This document shows, one piece after another, positions 1 through 17,500 of a stretch of 64,000 bases of DNA. This DNA is from Sarea resinae (Eukaryota). The position numbers were made by a program, and so were the translations under genes. Under the pieces are notes generated by a model, which saw only the letters and a program-made list of their open reading frames with translations, searched no databases and was not told the origin of the DNA. The stretch spans positions 124,001-188,000 of the forward strand of contig JAPEUD010000048.1 of assembly GCA_026026165.1 (NCBI GenBank), in the 5' to 3' direction. Each line of letters opens with the position of its first letter. Position 1 is the stretch's first letter.

Positions 1-484
1 CGCTATATTGCGAGCTCATAATACGCAGGACTGGTGCGTGGTATGTTGCTAGCAGTAGAGTGGTGCAGAGAAGGAGAGGACGAGTTTAGTAGGTGGGAGA
101 TCCAAGAGATGGCCTATTCTCGGTGAAACAGAGGGCCGTGGCAGATATATGGAGAGTCACACACGCGGTCACCGATCTGACGGGTGGCGGCTTCGACAAG
201 GCTTTCTCTCGGTGTCAGTCAGGATCCGTCTGGTCATTAGTCAGTCACGCGGACTGCTTTGTTGCCTTTCTGCGTTTCTGCTTTTTCTTGTGGGGTAAGG
301 TCCGGTAAGAATAGTAAGGAATAGCTGGATTGAGGTGTTGATGTACGAAGTAGCTTGATGCAGGCTTATGCAGGCGTATGCAGGAGAAGAGGTGAGATTA
401 TTGCTACGGCAGGTCAGCTCACTCGGGGAAGAAGACGATGGTGGGAGTTGAAAGGGTGGATGGGATTGGGATAGATGGATGATT

Positions 485-511
485 GGGGGGGAGAGAGAGA
501 GAGAGAGAGAG
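485..511. repeat. G-run plus (GA)10 microsatellite
   Basis: Directly visible: ggggggagagagagagagagagagag. Confidence 0.9.
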
Positions 512-1825
512 CCATGGATGACGATACGATACTATGCCCTTCGACGGCAGCAGAAGGCGGTGAGATGCGCCCAAGAAAAAAGAGAAACTGAGACCGGGAT
601 CACCAAGGAACAGGTATCGCGCAAGTATTCAGTAGCTCGATGGCCCAGCAAGAACTACCTGGGGGGCACTTGAAGAATGGATCTCAATACCTGACCTGGG
701 CTGTCCTGAGTTAGTAGAGGGTGTCCCCACCAGCTCTACCTCGCTCGACCCGACTCGATCTACTCTGGTTTGGGTAGTCGAGACGGCACTGCAGGTGGAA
801 CGCCTCTGTGATGGGGTGGATACCTCGGACCGTGTACTTGGTAGCTTCCCTTATGGGCCGGAGATACATGAGCGATGGGTTTACGTGCCGGCCTACGGAG
901 TAGATGGATGTCGTCGTGTGTGACGCCGAGTGCGACGGGTCTCGAGGGGCCATTGCCCTTTTGGCTCGCTGTTGCCACCGTCCATTCCATTATTCCATTA
1001 TTGTGCCGCATGCTGGATGACATGACCAAAGTCTGGACGGATACTTGCCGTGTACTTGCTATCAACAAGCACTGACACTCTCATATGGTTTTCTTCGATG
1101 CTCTTTCCTCCGAGGACGCAAGCCCGATCCATCTCCCATCCCTGAGCCTGAGCCTCGATCCCTTTCTCGTACCGATGAGCAATTCGGCATTGAGCAGCCC
1201 GGGCACCGCATCGGCAACTTCAACCACCACTACGGTGCGTCTACACAGTACACAGTCCTACTGCGGTCGGTACCTTGCGGTCGGTATCTTGCTCTCGGAT
1301 GCTCCACGGCAAGGTACCCGTAAGTACGTACTTCATTGCCTCTGCTAGGTACTGTACCGTACCTATGGATGGGTGTGGCATCCTTCACCTCACGCTTCGA
1401 TTCCCTTACCGATGCAGGGTCCTCGGACCTTCATCGCGGCCGGGGCCTCGAACTCCTCCCCCCCTTGCCACCCAGCACGCCCAGCACACCTACTCTACGG
1501 AGTACTCTACCTGACCCAGGGCCTAGGGCCAAGGCCCGTCCATGACGCCCTGGTCTATACCTTTCATAGCCCTAAGGTATGTACCTGTTCTGGCCCCAGG
1601 TCCGTCCCTCGACGGGGCACGACACCTTCGATCTCATACACCAGACTCCAAGGACTCGGTGAGAACAGCTCTTTCCGACACTGGTTTGGCAACAGGGATG
1701 GAGCAGATTGATCCGCCTTGTGGCGGCGTCGAAGCCTTTGACAGCGCCCGTCAATAATGCCACATGCGCTTGTCTACGGTTGGCCAAGTACTCTACATAG
1801 TAGCTTACCTTCAGCTGCGTGTTAC

Positions 1826-1859
1826 ATGCATGCATGCATGCATGCATGCATGCATGCAT
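1826..1859. repeat. (ATGC)8 microsatellite, a perfect 34-bp palindrome
   Basis: atgcatgc...atgcat is self-complementary. Confidence 0.95.
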
Positions 1860-2346
1860 TGGCACGAGTTGACCCCCCACGGACGTGATCCAAAGCTTCG
1901 CTTGGAACTCCAATCTTCGATGATCCTTCTTCCAGTGAGGCCGTCCAATTCCACGACTTCTTTGTCCGGTCAACGCATATATTCTGGCATGTCAGCGCGT
2001 CAAAGCGTACTCGTCGTTGCATCTCTCCAGGCTTACACCGTCTTGTGTAACGCGTCTCTTGCTCGATCGAGTCTTCTCTATGTAAAGCAATTGATCTGGG
2101 CCCGTGGGGCTTCTTTTCACGTCACCAGGCAACAAGTTGAGCTGTAATGGACAGCCAATCAAGCCAGAGCCCACTAAATCCAGGGGTGATGCAATGATGA
2201 TCGATGAAATGTCATGTCCTACATCGGAGCTCAACTCCTACTGTCAACTGAATTCGTTGCTAATCAGGCGGGAGACTTATTTCATTGTTCAGATAGGATC
2301 TGGTGATGAAAAGATTTTCTCTAACGATCGGTCTTTTGGTTCCCGA

Positions 2347-5260
2347 CTATTTTGTCGTCTCCTTTCTCGAAGATCCTTTTTTGTTCCCTTGTGTTCGGCT
2401 ATCTTGGCATGTCTCATTTGAGAAAGACAATTCCCCCTTTGCTGCCCCTTTTGATGATTCTTCCCAGACTCCTGCTAAGCTCCTCGCTGCCGCAATCCTC
2501 AAGTCTGCTTTCCTCATGTTGCCGGGCTCGACGCCTATTCGTCTTGCCTCTACTCTGGCAAGCGGAGAAAACGGCTCATTGGCTGAATCTATACAATTGA
2601 ATCGCTCGAGCGGAGTTTCGACCGACTGAAGTTGAGCTGTATATGGATCCAGGCGCGCATTTCGCTGGACATGTTCGCGTCTCTCGGTTTGGTCACCCCT
2701 CATCATGACTTCCAAGCTAGCTTGGGCATTTTGAGGCTTGTCCTCATAATACTGCTGCTCGAAACGAAAGCGTGCAATCTCATCGAACACCGCGCGCCTC
2801 GCATAGGGAACCTCGCGACCGCTACTCTGCTAATCATATCAGTCAGCAAGGTCGCTTTTCGTAACGGCGAATGAATCTCTTCGGGAAACTTACCAAGGAT
2901 CGACTTGCATTGTATCTCCGAAGATTTTCCTCCGTCAGGGCATCAGAAGGTGGTGTATCTTTCCTCTCCATACTGGACTCCTGATCGCGCTTCACTGTTG
3001 GCATACCGGGATAGATCAATCGTCATATGCCGCTTTGTGACAAATATTCTTCGATGCAAGAGGGTGATGTCTTCTCACGCTCAAAGAAGATATTGGATGC
3101 AAAGAGCCAGTCTTAATCTAGTCGCACACACCAGCTTCTTTAGACTGAAACGAGTGTATCACAATTATAGGAGTCTTGATCTCGACCTTCTGGTTAGCTG
3201 GAAACGATCTCCTGGGAATATGCTGAACGAGGGGTTCTTCTACCTTATTGGCGCCAAGCTGGCTTGCTATCGGAAGTTGCATAGAGCTCACGAAGCAGAG
3301 CGTTGATCGTCTCTCGATCGCCGTCGAGAATCCCTTGCTGAGCATGCGGCGTGGGGTTCTCGTCACCATTTAGGATGCTCGGACGTCGTTGATCGTTGAA
3401 GCAGAAACAGAGTTGCAACGCTTCCCAAGATCAAATAAGTATTAGCGGAGCACTTCATCTGGAGGGAGAGCAGTACTGTCTTCCAGGTCGCGTCCTGCAA
3501 GGTCTTGGTCTCGCGGTGACTAGGATGCTGTATACAAGGCTGCTAAGTTCAAGCTTGCGGTTGTGGCATTGCGGACATTGTTCTGAATAGTTGCCCTTTT
3601 CCAGCGGTGAGGGTAAGCGAAGGGCATGGCAAGAACTCGTACAAGCGTTCCTCGATCGACATGGCATTATCATCTCTTGCAGGGGCTATTCTTCGGTGAT
3701 CCACATGCGGCATGAATCGAGCGGGTTCCAGTAACCTGTCAGCTGGTATGTTCTACTCGAGGGCCGATTCTTCTATTGGCCAACAAGACATGCTAGGATA
3801 TGGTAGCCCTTAAAGTTGCTGCAAACGGTTATAGCCTCAAATCGCTATTCCGCTCATTCTTTCAGATGGTGCGACGAAGATGCACAACAAAATAGAAGGT
3901 GTTCCAAGGTCGCCCTACCATATCACTTTTCTAGTAGCATTCTAGATCGTTACACGGTGTTCTCGTTTGGGCAGCTCCTCGAGGGTCGGAGGAAGCGCCC
4001 AGTGGAAAGATCCATTTTGTGCTCGGATGGAGGCTCAAAAAGGTGCACAACACAAGACTATCTCTACAGATTTAGACGAGAAGTTCGATCGAAATCGCAT
4101 TTTCGATCACAATCAGTGGAGAGCATTATGACACCAGACTTGAGAAGGCCAATAATGTGGCCCGAGATTGCGTAAGATGAGAATTGTTTCTTCGTTATCA
4201 TATGCAAGGCTGACCCGCTCTCGTAGACACATTTGCATTCAGGTCCGGGCTCCGACCCCTGGCGGCGTCTTGACATTGGCGGTCATGATTCGATAGATGG
4301 AGAATCATGTTCCAAAACCGCCAGCAACGCTCATCTATCAACGAGTAACTTGCGAGGTACCGCCGACCGTTGCGTTGGGAAGATACATGACCTGACAAGC
4401 ACGGTGGCCCATGCTAGTTCCCATCCACCAAGCATTAGGCATGACCGCCTGGATCCCTTACCATGGCAGTGTCTCCAGCGCAGAAGTGACGGGTCGCAAT
4501 GGGTATTGAGGTTCTCGTACCCGTTTTGGTCGGCAGCCGCATTTCCTTCGATGAGAATTGCCAGTTCGGAATGCTTCCGTGACTACTCGGTCCGATCCTG
4601 AACGACCTCGAGATTCTCGGCGTTGCAGTGTATAGAACAGCCAAGGCGTTTCCAATTTCGTCTACTGACATGGCAGAAGGCATAGCTGTAAGAAAGAGGA
4701 GCTGCTTGCCAGACTTCGCACTATCTCAGCATTTCTAATCGCAGACCCCGGTCTGTCTGATGCCATGGCACTAACTAGGCTGGGCAAGATTCTCATCCGT
4801 CCACATTGTAGATCTAGTCGGGCAGCATTGTGCTGTGGCCTCTTTCATAATCTCTCAGTTCACTCCGCGGGTGGCTTGTCATTAGTTTGGCGGTTTGCAC
4901 CATCCCCTCCACAGATCAGCCGGCAACCAAAAGGTTGCAGAAGCTTGAAGACCGCCAAGTCTTAGCTACGGCAAGCTTGCGTTTGTAGGCACGACAGATT
5001 ATCTGGGGTCCCCCACTTTCGGGCCACGGCGCGATAGAAGCCATCGCGGTGTAGCGCAACGTTTCGGTTTCTGGGTCGTCGAAAGTGGTGCCAGTGTCCC
5101 CATTTCCTACTTTGCTTTTGCTTTTCGAGACAAGGCTGAACATCCGTTCGAACCAGGTACGATGTTTCCGCCAATGGGATGTGACTTCCTCATCTGGACA
5201 AACTGCCGAGCTGTACTCCATACTGGTTGGTGAGACGCCCCTGCATGCTAGTATCATCAT
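2347..5260 (-). pseudogene. Possible degraded coding sequence or lineage-specific gene relic, product unknown
   Basis: About 3 kb of complex, repeat-poor sequence with minus-strand ORF fragments (5260-4916, 4683-4435, 3369-3118, 2790-2347) separated by TGA/TAG stops. No recognisable domain and no consistent splice model found. Confidence 0.2.
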
Positions 5261-5823
5261 CGCGACGTGCGTCCAGCACCAAGTCTAGACGTTTGGCCTT
5301 ATTTCCGTCGACCCCGGAACATGCTACAGATTGTTAAGTCATGACGAGATCTTACTCTGGATCTCAGCTTTCCCTACAACACGCGAACAAGGAGCCTCGT
5401 TGTCTGGACACTTGTTACGTATAATCCCATCTGAAGAGCACCAGGGTCCTTGCCGGGCTTCCTCGCTTGGTGTCAGAATGCATGCACACAGCACGCATTG
5501 AAATGCAGCAATCCAGCTTCCCTTCCCAATGGTATTTTGCTCACTCTATTCTGCTTCTTTGTTTTCTGTTTTGTTGCGACAACATATCTCAATCGCGGAT
5601 TGCGACTTTTCTTTTGTGGTAGCAGCAGCAGCAGCAGCTCGAGGGCGATTCGCGCCATTGTGAAAGATATCCCCGTTGTCTCGGCGGCGGCTCGAATAAT
5701 AGTCGTGAACACGATTCATCTCTCTCCCTTTCTGACGCGCATCATCCTTCAGTGAATACCCCTCTGTCCTCAATATAAAAAAGCCCTTCTCAACTAAGCG
5801 CTCTAGAACGGAAGAGCGCTTGC

Positions 5824-6590
5824 CGTCCATCCATCCATCCATCCATCCATTCATTTATTCATTTATTCATCCCTCTCTCCGTTTCCATCCGTCCATCAAT
5901 CTAGCTAGTAGCCAAAATAACAACTGTTATCACAGTATTGTGCCTCAGTGTAAGTCGTGCTGTGTTGGGTTATGTTGTGTAGCTTTATTTAGGGATCTTT
6001 GGCTGGGGGGGATAGATAGATAGGTGGGTAGATACCTTAGATAGAGAGACAGATTAGAAGTGTTTTGAGTAGGTGATATTTGGTAGGTCTGAGGGATTTA
6101 ATAATCTAATACTCTATATACTTCATATATATACATTAAACTCCTACCTACCCACCCATTTTTTCTCTCTCCTGTCTAAGGTAACAAAATAATAGATAGC
6201 AGATCTCTACATCTCTAATTCAGGCATCTACCACAGGCTCTGCGTACGTGTTATATATCTCTCTCGCTGGCCGTAGCGCTCGAATCGCAGCACCCCAAGG
6301 ACTATTGTATATATGTATCTATGATGTATGTATTATGTATGTATTGAGTTGCCTTGTATGTAAATCCCTTTGGTATTCGGTAGTGCGGAGCTGGTGATGG
6401 AATGTGTGTGTGTGCTATCTGTTTGTTTGTTTATTATCCTGTTATTCTTGTCTGTCTATCTGTCTATCTGTCTATCTGTCTGTCTATTTACTTTTCTTGT
6501 CTATTGACTTTTTGTTCTATTGACTTTTCGTTTTGATAGCTGGCTAGCTAGCTGAGAACTCGAGCCAAGCCGAGCCGGGTCAAGCCGAGT
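5824..6590. repeat. AT-rich block of mixed microsatellites: (TCCA)n, (GATA)n, (TCTGTCTA)n, (TG)n, (GAGCC)-like
   Basis: Visible tandem units downstream of the methyltransferase stop codon. Confidence 0.85.
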
Positions 6591-6839
6591 CGGGCGATTC
6601 AGTAGGTGGATAGAGTATGGGGTGTTTTGCAGGAGTGAGAGGGGGGTGGAGATACGAGAGAGACTTGTGATTCGAGCCGGGAGGAAAGAGGGTGAGGGGA
6701 GGGGCGATATAGGCGAGAATGGCCGTAGAATCAAGGCGGTTACAAGAAGGGCCATAGTGGGAAGAAGGAAAAAGAAAAAGGAAGAAAGAGAAAGCTAAAA
6801 TGCCATTCAAGCAAGCACGTCTTCTTTCCCGGCCCCGGC

Positions 6840-8094
6840 CTAAGCCCAGGCCCATGCCCAAATCCCGACCCAGTCGGTCCCCCTACCGATGTCATGCGTG
6901 CGCGGCGGCTGGAAATGCGCGAGTCGCGTGAGATGCCATACTTCTCTCTCCAAGTCTCCGTCCTCTTGCTTCTGCTCCTGCTTCTGCTCTTTTTTCTCAT
7001 CCTCCTCATGTCTCTCCTCCGCAGCGGCCGAGACCACGCCCCCGTCTCCCTCTGACGAAACCGATACCTCTTCCCCGGGCCGCGTCAGATGCGCCACGTA
7101 GACGCTGGGTGGCAGCCCCCAGGGCGGACCGCCCGTGGATGCTGGCTTGTAGGTGGGGAATTCCAGACAGATGAGTCGGGCCCAGGGGCGGTGGGTGAGG
7201 AGAGCGTGGTAGCGTGCTGACCAGGCCGGGCGCAGGGAGGGTGGAAGAGCGCTTAGGAACTGTGATGAGAGGGACGGGTATCGTTAGTGTGGGTAAGATA
7301 GTGGGGAGTGGAAAATAGACAATGGAAAGGAGAAAGTCGAAGGCGAAAGAGAGAAAGGAAATCAGAAAAGGGGCAACGAAAAGGGGCAACCGGAAAGGGG
7401 GGAGGAAAACAGCAGGTAGCAAATTAGAGAGACATACAGTATTGTCATAAATGAGATCAAATTCCCCGCCTCCAAATTCAGCCTCCCATTCCGTACTGAA
7501 GAAATCACCCTTCACGAACCTCGCCTCGCCCCTCCCTACACCCTTCCCTCCCTGCTCTGTCCCCGCCACCGCAGCAGCATCACCCCTAAGCGGATACTCC
7601 CCCTCATGCTCTGCCGCAAACTCCCGACACAACCGCACCGCCGTGTCCGAGACATCCAATCCCACAGCATCATAGCCGAAACTGGCGAAAAGCAGGACGT
7701 CGTATCCGCGGCCGCAGCCAGGGATCAAGGCGCGTTTCCTTCTGGGGCCTTTCGTCCCTACTGCTGCTGCTCTTTCTTCTCCCTCATTTCCCCTCTCACC
7801 CCCCTGATTCGCCTCCTCCTCGCCCCTTTTCCACTCGCCATCATCAACAACCACAGCATCACCACCAAGCAAGTCCCTCCTCTCGCTCAACAGGTCCTCG
7901 AGCGCGGGATTCGGCGCCCCGCGATCCCATGGCAGGAACCCCGTATCCCAGAGCTGTGACCACCGTTCCGGGTGCGCGGCAATGGGGGCTGCGAAATGCG
8001 CGGCCAGCTGTGCGCGGGCATCTGTGGGAGCGTCTGTTGGGGGCACAGCGTCTGCAGGGGCGTCTATGATGGGGGGAGCAGGGTCTTCTGGCAT
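6840..8094 (-). CDS. SAM-dependent thiol/halide methyltransferase (TPMT / HOL1-like family), 2 exons
   Basis: ATG at 8094 (MPEDPAPP). Motifs WSQLW...LPWDRGAPNPAL, ALIPGCGRGYDV (SAM motif I) and GDFF. An intron at 7437-7260 (GTATGT...CTAAC...CAG) joins FDLIYDNT to FLSALPPSLRPAWS...LICLEFP...GPPWGL...RTHDIGRGTDWVGIW. Stop at 6840. Confidence 0.88.
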
Positions 8095-8848
8095 CGCTTG
8101 CTTCTTTGGGAGGTGCCGCTTGCTGATAGCTTGGCTCGTAGACGATCTATAATTAAGTGGCTTACAAGGAAAATTAAATTGGTCGGTTTGATTAAGTGAT
8201 ATGCGTGGTGATGTAGGGATTGGCGTTTGCGTGTGTACTCCGTATGTATGGTGGGGTGGTGGGGGAGACGAGACGAGAGATTGGCGCGCGCGAGCGCCAA
8301 AATAAGGTTTCTCCGGACCCGGCAATCCATTCCTTCAATCCCAGGGATCGCTAGGATCACCAGGATCGCCCTGGGTCGCTGAGAATCGCAGAGGGCCGCA
8401 GATACAGATAGTAGATCATAATCTCCGAGCGAACGAAGTACTCCTGCGCGGCTACCAGCGATATATAACGATCCGGTGCTGATGGTGGTCGTGCGGACAA
8501 ATTTCAGCGGTCTTACGTCGTACGTCCATGCTTTTGAAATGGGGAATTTCATACCTTAGACACGAGTTTTCATCTTTCGTCTCGTCTCTCAATATTGGTT
8601 GTGCTGTTCTAGCAAATCAACGTTCATACGGAGACTTGTTTCTATTTTATTAAAGTATCTAGGCCTGTCTGAATGTCTTGGAAAATGCTGTAGAAGAGCA
8701 AATGCATATTCGCCACCGTTCATCACGCCGAGAATCCCGGACTCGTACATCCTATGCATCACTCCATTCCAACGCCAAACAGAAACACCATGCAATACAA
8801 CGACCCAGACCAAGCTACAGGATAATGTCACATCCATTAGCCCAAAAC

Positions 8849-13481
<4,633 letters not shown>

Positions 13482-14535
13482 CTTCACCAGGGCTATCGGG
13501 ATCCACGCATGAGGATTTTCCTTCGGTATGCCGTATACGATCCAAGCAACGAGATCAGAATATTCGAGATGGGCCTCTCCTTGGGTCGATGGGTTGACTC
13601 ATATTGGTGGAAGGGCCTTTGAGATGAGGTTGGTGAGTTTCCGACATCACGAGTGGCATTTCTTTCTCGCCTTTCGCACAAGCCGAGCAAGGCGAGGTTA
13701 ATCTTATCAGATCGAATCTGGTGGGGTCGGGCACGCCCTCGCTTCTCTCCAGCTTTACTACAGTACCGACAAGCTGAGGACTGAGGACCTTACAATAGAA
13801 CCTCTCAATATTGGATCATGGATCATTGATACATTGGATGTATTGGATACACCAACACCACACCGCGATAGCATGTCACTGCAGGCATTGAGCCTCAATA
13901 ACACAGCCTTAAAATCTCACCCAACTCCTCATTGTACTTTCACTGTGAAACATGCAGCATTCGCCATGGTCCCTCGTCCATTTCATGGGTCAAGATAAGA
14001 GGCCATCCGGTGCCATTCAAGGTAGACGCAATGGTGCCGACCTCCCAGGCTGTACTGGTAACAAGGCAACGCCTGGGGGGTTGAAGAGCCTCCGATCGCT
14101 CTTGTCAAGGTAGTTGAGGCGGAGCATCACATCCATGCGGCCACTGCATAATCACGCTGTCTCCACCGACAAGCTCGGCGGCCAAAAGACCTTTCGGTTC
14201 ACTTTGCGCCTCAGTCTCTGACCTGACCTTTTCCTGAGCTCGATCGATGCCATCTGCCGGAAGGGTTCTAGAGCATACATGATTATTCACAATGATTGTC
14301 GAAGACTGCCATTCCGATTCCTCTGATCAAGCTCATGGTGAGGTTTTCCCAAGGCTTCCGGGGCTGACGCTATCGTAACAGTGGAGTCACTCCTTAGGAG
14401 CAAGGCTATCAACAAAATGGGCTCAAATAGTAACACTTTGCATCTGACTTCTTCACTTCAGCAGGCTCCGATGTGGCAACGTTATCCGAAGCGAGCTGGT
14501 GTCTTGATCTGACCCTGACTCACCCTTCGTCTCAC

Positions 14536-17500
14536 ATGGTATCTCCGGAGAACGAATCCACAGAAGACAGATCTCATGGCGATCGAGATAGCGATGGAGA
14601 TGCGAATTCGGGCATCGCACCACGTGGTAATCCCGAAAACGAAACGTCAAAAGACATAACTCAGCACGACGGAGGTGTGAAGCTTAGTGTTGAACCGCAC
14701 GGTAATACAAATCGTGAAAACCCGAGAGACAGAGCTCATCAGGACCGAGAGCGAGATATGGGCCCTGGCCTTAGACCAAATGATATTCCAAGGAACAATT
14801 CTTCAGGAGGCAGAGCTCATGACAGCCGATATGTGAGCCCTTACTTTAAACCACGTGGATACCCAATAGGTCCAATGCCATGCTCTCCGAACCCAGCCTT
14901 GAACTCTTACCACCAGGAAAGAGATCAGACGGTCTCACCACGAGATGTTCAGAGAAATAGAGAGGAAGGCGTTCGGGATGTTGGAAATCTACACAGCTCG
15001 ACGCAAAGGTTGCCAATTAGGCCTCCACCTGCCGGGCTATTACCTCCGAAATGGTTGCGAGAGCATCCACTGCCGGCTGCTGCGGTTCCGCAGCCTAGGA
15101 ATCCCATGCAGCCGAGTATAATTGACATTGATGTTCGGGCGCTTGAGAAATTCGACTTCGTCGAAGATGGGGAAGGGCAATATCTATGCAATCAATCAGC
15201 ACACAGCCAAGCAATGAGTCCGGGATATGCTGGCCCCGGAAATGATCCGTGTTCGAGTGTCAAGCAGACGCTAACGATTACTCGTACCAGATGGTCAGCT
15301 AAGATTGAAGAGAAAGAGAAGGTGATATTGACGGTAGGTCCTGAATCGAAAGAGGAGGGCAGTGCCGCTTTTCGATGGATGTTAGTAGATACCATGCCTC
15401 TACTACCGTGTTTCATGGCTCTTACTGTATTGCTATAGTCATTTCCAGAGTGATAATCCTAGCTGGAAAGACCTTGAGGTTAGTGTCTTTATCCTTGAGA
15501 AACACTTTACAAGATCGTGAGATTGATCTGAGCGTAGCGTATTGCATACCTGGCTCCTGGCCTTCGGGAAAGTGAGAAGAGTCTTATCCTTCGTATCCTG
15601 AATAAGACTCGGCGAGATTCTACGAAAAGCTTTGTCCACGGGAGCTATCTTGAACCCAACGCTTCTTGCTATAGAGGCGTGGATTTACAGACTGAGGGAT
15701 CTGGGATTTCCGCGACGTTCCTTTGTCTACCTTACTTTTCGTGTCGGCCTCCGACCTCTTACTCGTTCAAGAAGGGCGACAGAATATACCCTGTCAGGGC
15801 TCTCTTACAATCTCGTTATCGTTTAGAATCGACGCAGCAGCGCGAGAAAAAGCAGGCAATATGTTCGCTGGAGAACCTTTCCCAGAGCGAAATTATCCAT
15901 GTGCCTCAACTGTGGTCTCTGGTTGTTGACAATCGTATGGAGTGCAATTGTATCACACATCAATCGTTAGGACTTTTACTGAGCAGCGCACAGATACTAT
16001 TATCACCTGCGGTCCGATGAAGAGATCTGAACTGTGCGTCGATTCAATCAACCTCGAAAGTCATGGTGAGCCTTCAGTGTGCCTTCAAGGACCCCGGGAA
16101 AACAAAACCAAGTTTTTCATTCCACTGGCAAAATGTAGAACATGGCTTGTAAGTCAGAGCCGCGCATAACATTAACATATTAACCAGTCTAAAAGAAATT
16201 ATCTCGAATTTTGGAAGATATCATGGGGACCCTCATTGAGGACTGCGATGTTAAGACCGAATATGGAGACCTCACTCCTAGTCTCTGGTATGAATTGATC
16301 GGAAAGCACCGTACTGACAACATCAACATGACTCTGGTCTCGCGTGGAGGCAGGAAACGCTCAGAGAGAAGGGGACAAACGGCACATGGGAGCGAGGAGC
16401 CCTTTCTGGACCCTTATTCAAGCTTTTGGGACATGTCTCGAAAAACTTGCATCCCTTCTTGCGTCCCTTCTCCGGTACCAATTAGAGACTTGAATACCAA
16501 GATTTTCAGCGACATGGTGGACGAAAACCGCTCGTCATCAGAATTGTCAAGACACAGTACCCTTAGCCAACCGAAGCAAGACGGTTCGTTGATGTTCGGC
16601 AAAGAGAATCGGCAGGAACCGACTGTTCCAAATAAAGCTGCACCGACCTCTTCGCAGCCTTCGGATGCAGAATCAATTGAACACCAGACAGCTGACCGCA
16701 CTTGGACGTTGTACGAGGAGGATGATCGTCGACACTCACGTCGCCGAGCCAGAGAAACGTCAGCAGAGCAATTTAACATTTTGCCTGGATATCGTGAGCG
16801 GGTTCGCTCACCGAATGACAGGCACCAAGAAACCTTCAAAAAGATTCCAGGGCGAAAGGATCGCTCTCAAACACAAAGGCTAGGCATCTCGGAAAGATAT
16901 TTCGAAGAAATTTTGTATTCACTGGGCGATATCGTTTTCCCTCCTTCGGCATTTGGCATACATCGGAGACATCGTTATGCTGGAGTCCCAGAGGAGGTGG
17001 AGCATAAGAAAAGTGGCGAGCCAGAACATCAAGAACCCTCCGGGACTCCATGGACTACAAGCCCCTGGACTTGGCCTACAAGCAAGCGTAGCAAGCGTAC
17101 CAACCATCCGAGACCAAAATCTAATCTGGCAGATGAGCGTGAAGGCCCGATACCTATAGATCCTTCATCAGAAGACGTCGACCCTCCAAATAAGCCCTCT
17201 TCTCCAAAAGTGGTGTCATCAGAAGATCATCGATCGTTCTCAGAAACGCTTCGCGGGCCAGTACCCATGACCGAAGACGGTGAAACTGTGCACGTTGTCC
17301 AAAGTTATCCAGTGGAATGCAGCCAGTGGGGCAACAAGAGGGAGCTATCTGGTCTTCTATCCTTCAGCTTCGAACAAAATGAAAAGGCTGAAGGACTCCA
17401 GTCTATCCATGGAACCAAGTACTATACCAAGGAGACCGAGACCAAAGCTTACGGTCTACGAATCTTGCTATATCTCAAGCACACACATGACAACCTGAGC

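Noticed and set aside
1..1500. Short ORFs and an intron-like signal (CTAAT...CAG on the minus strand near 230)
   Set aside because: Probably the leader or promoter of a gene outside the window; no product can be supported.
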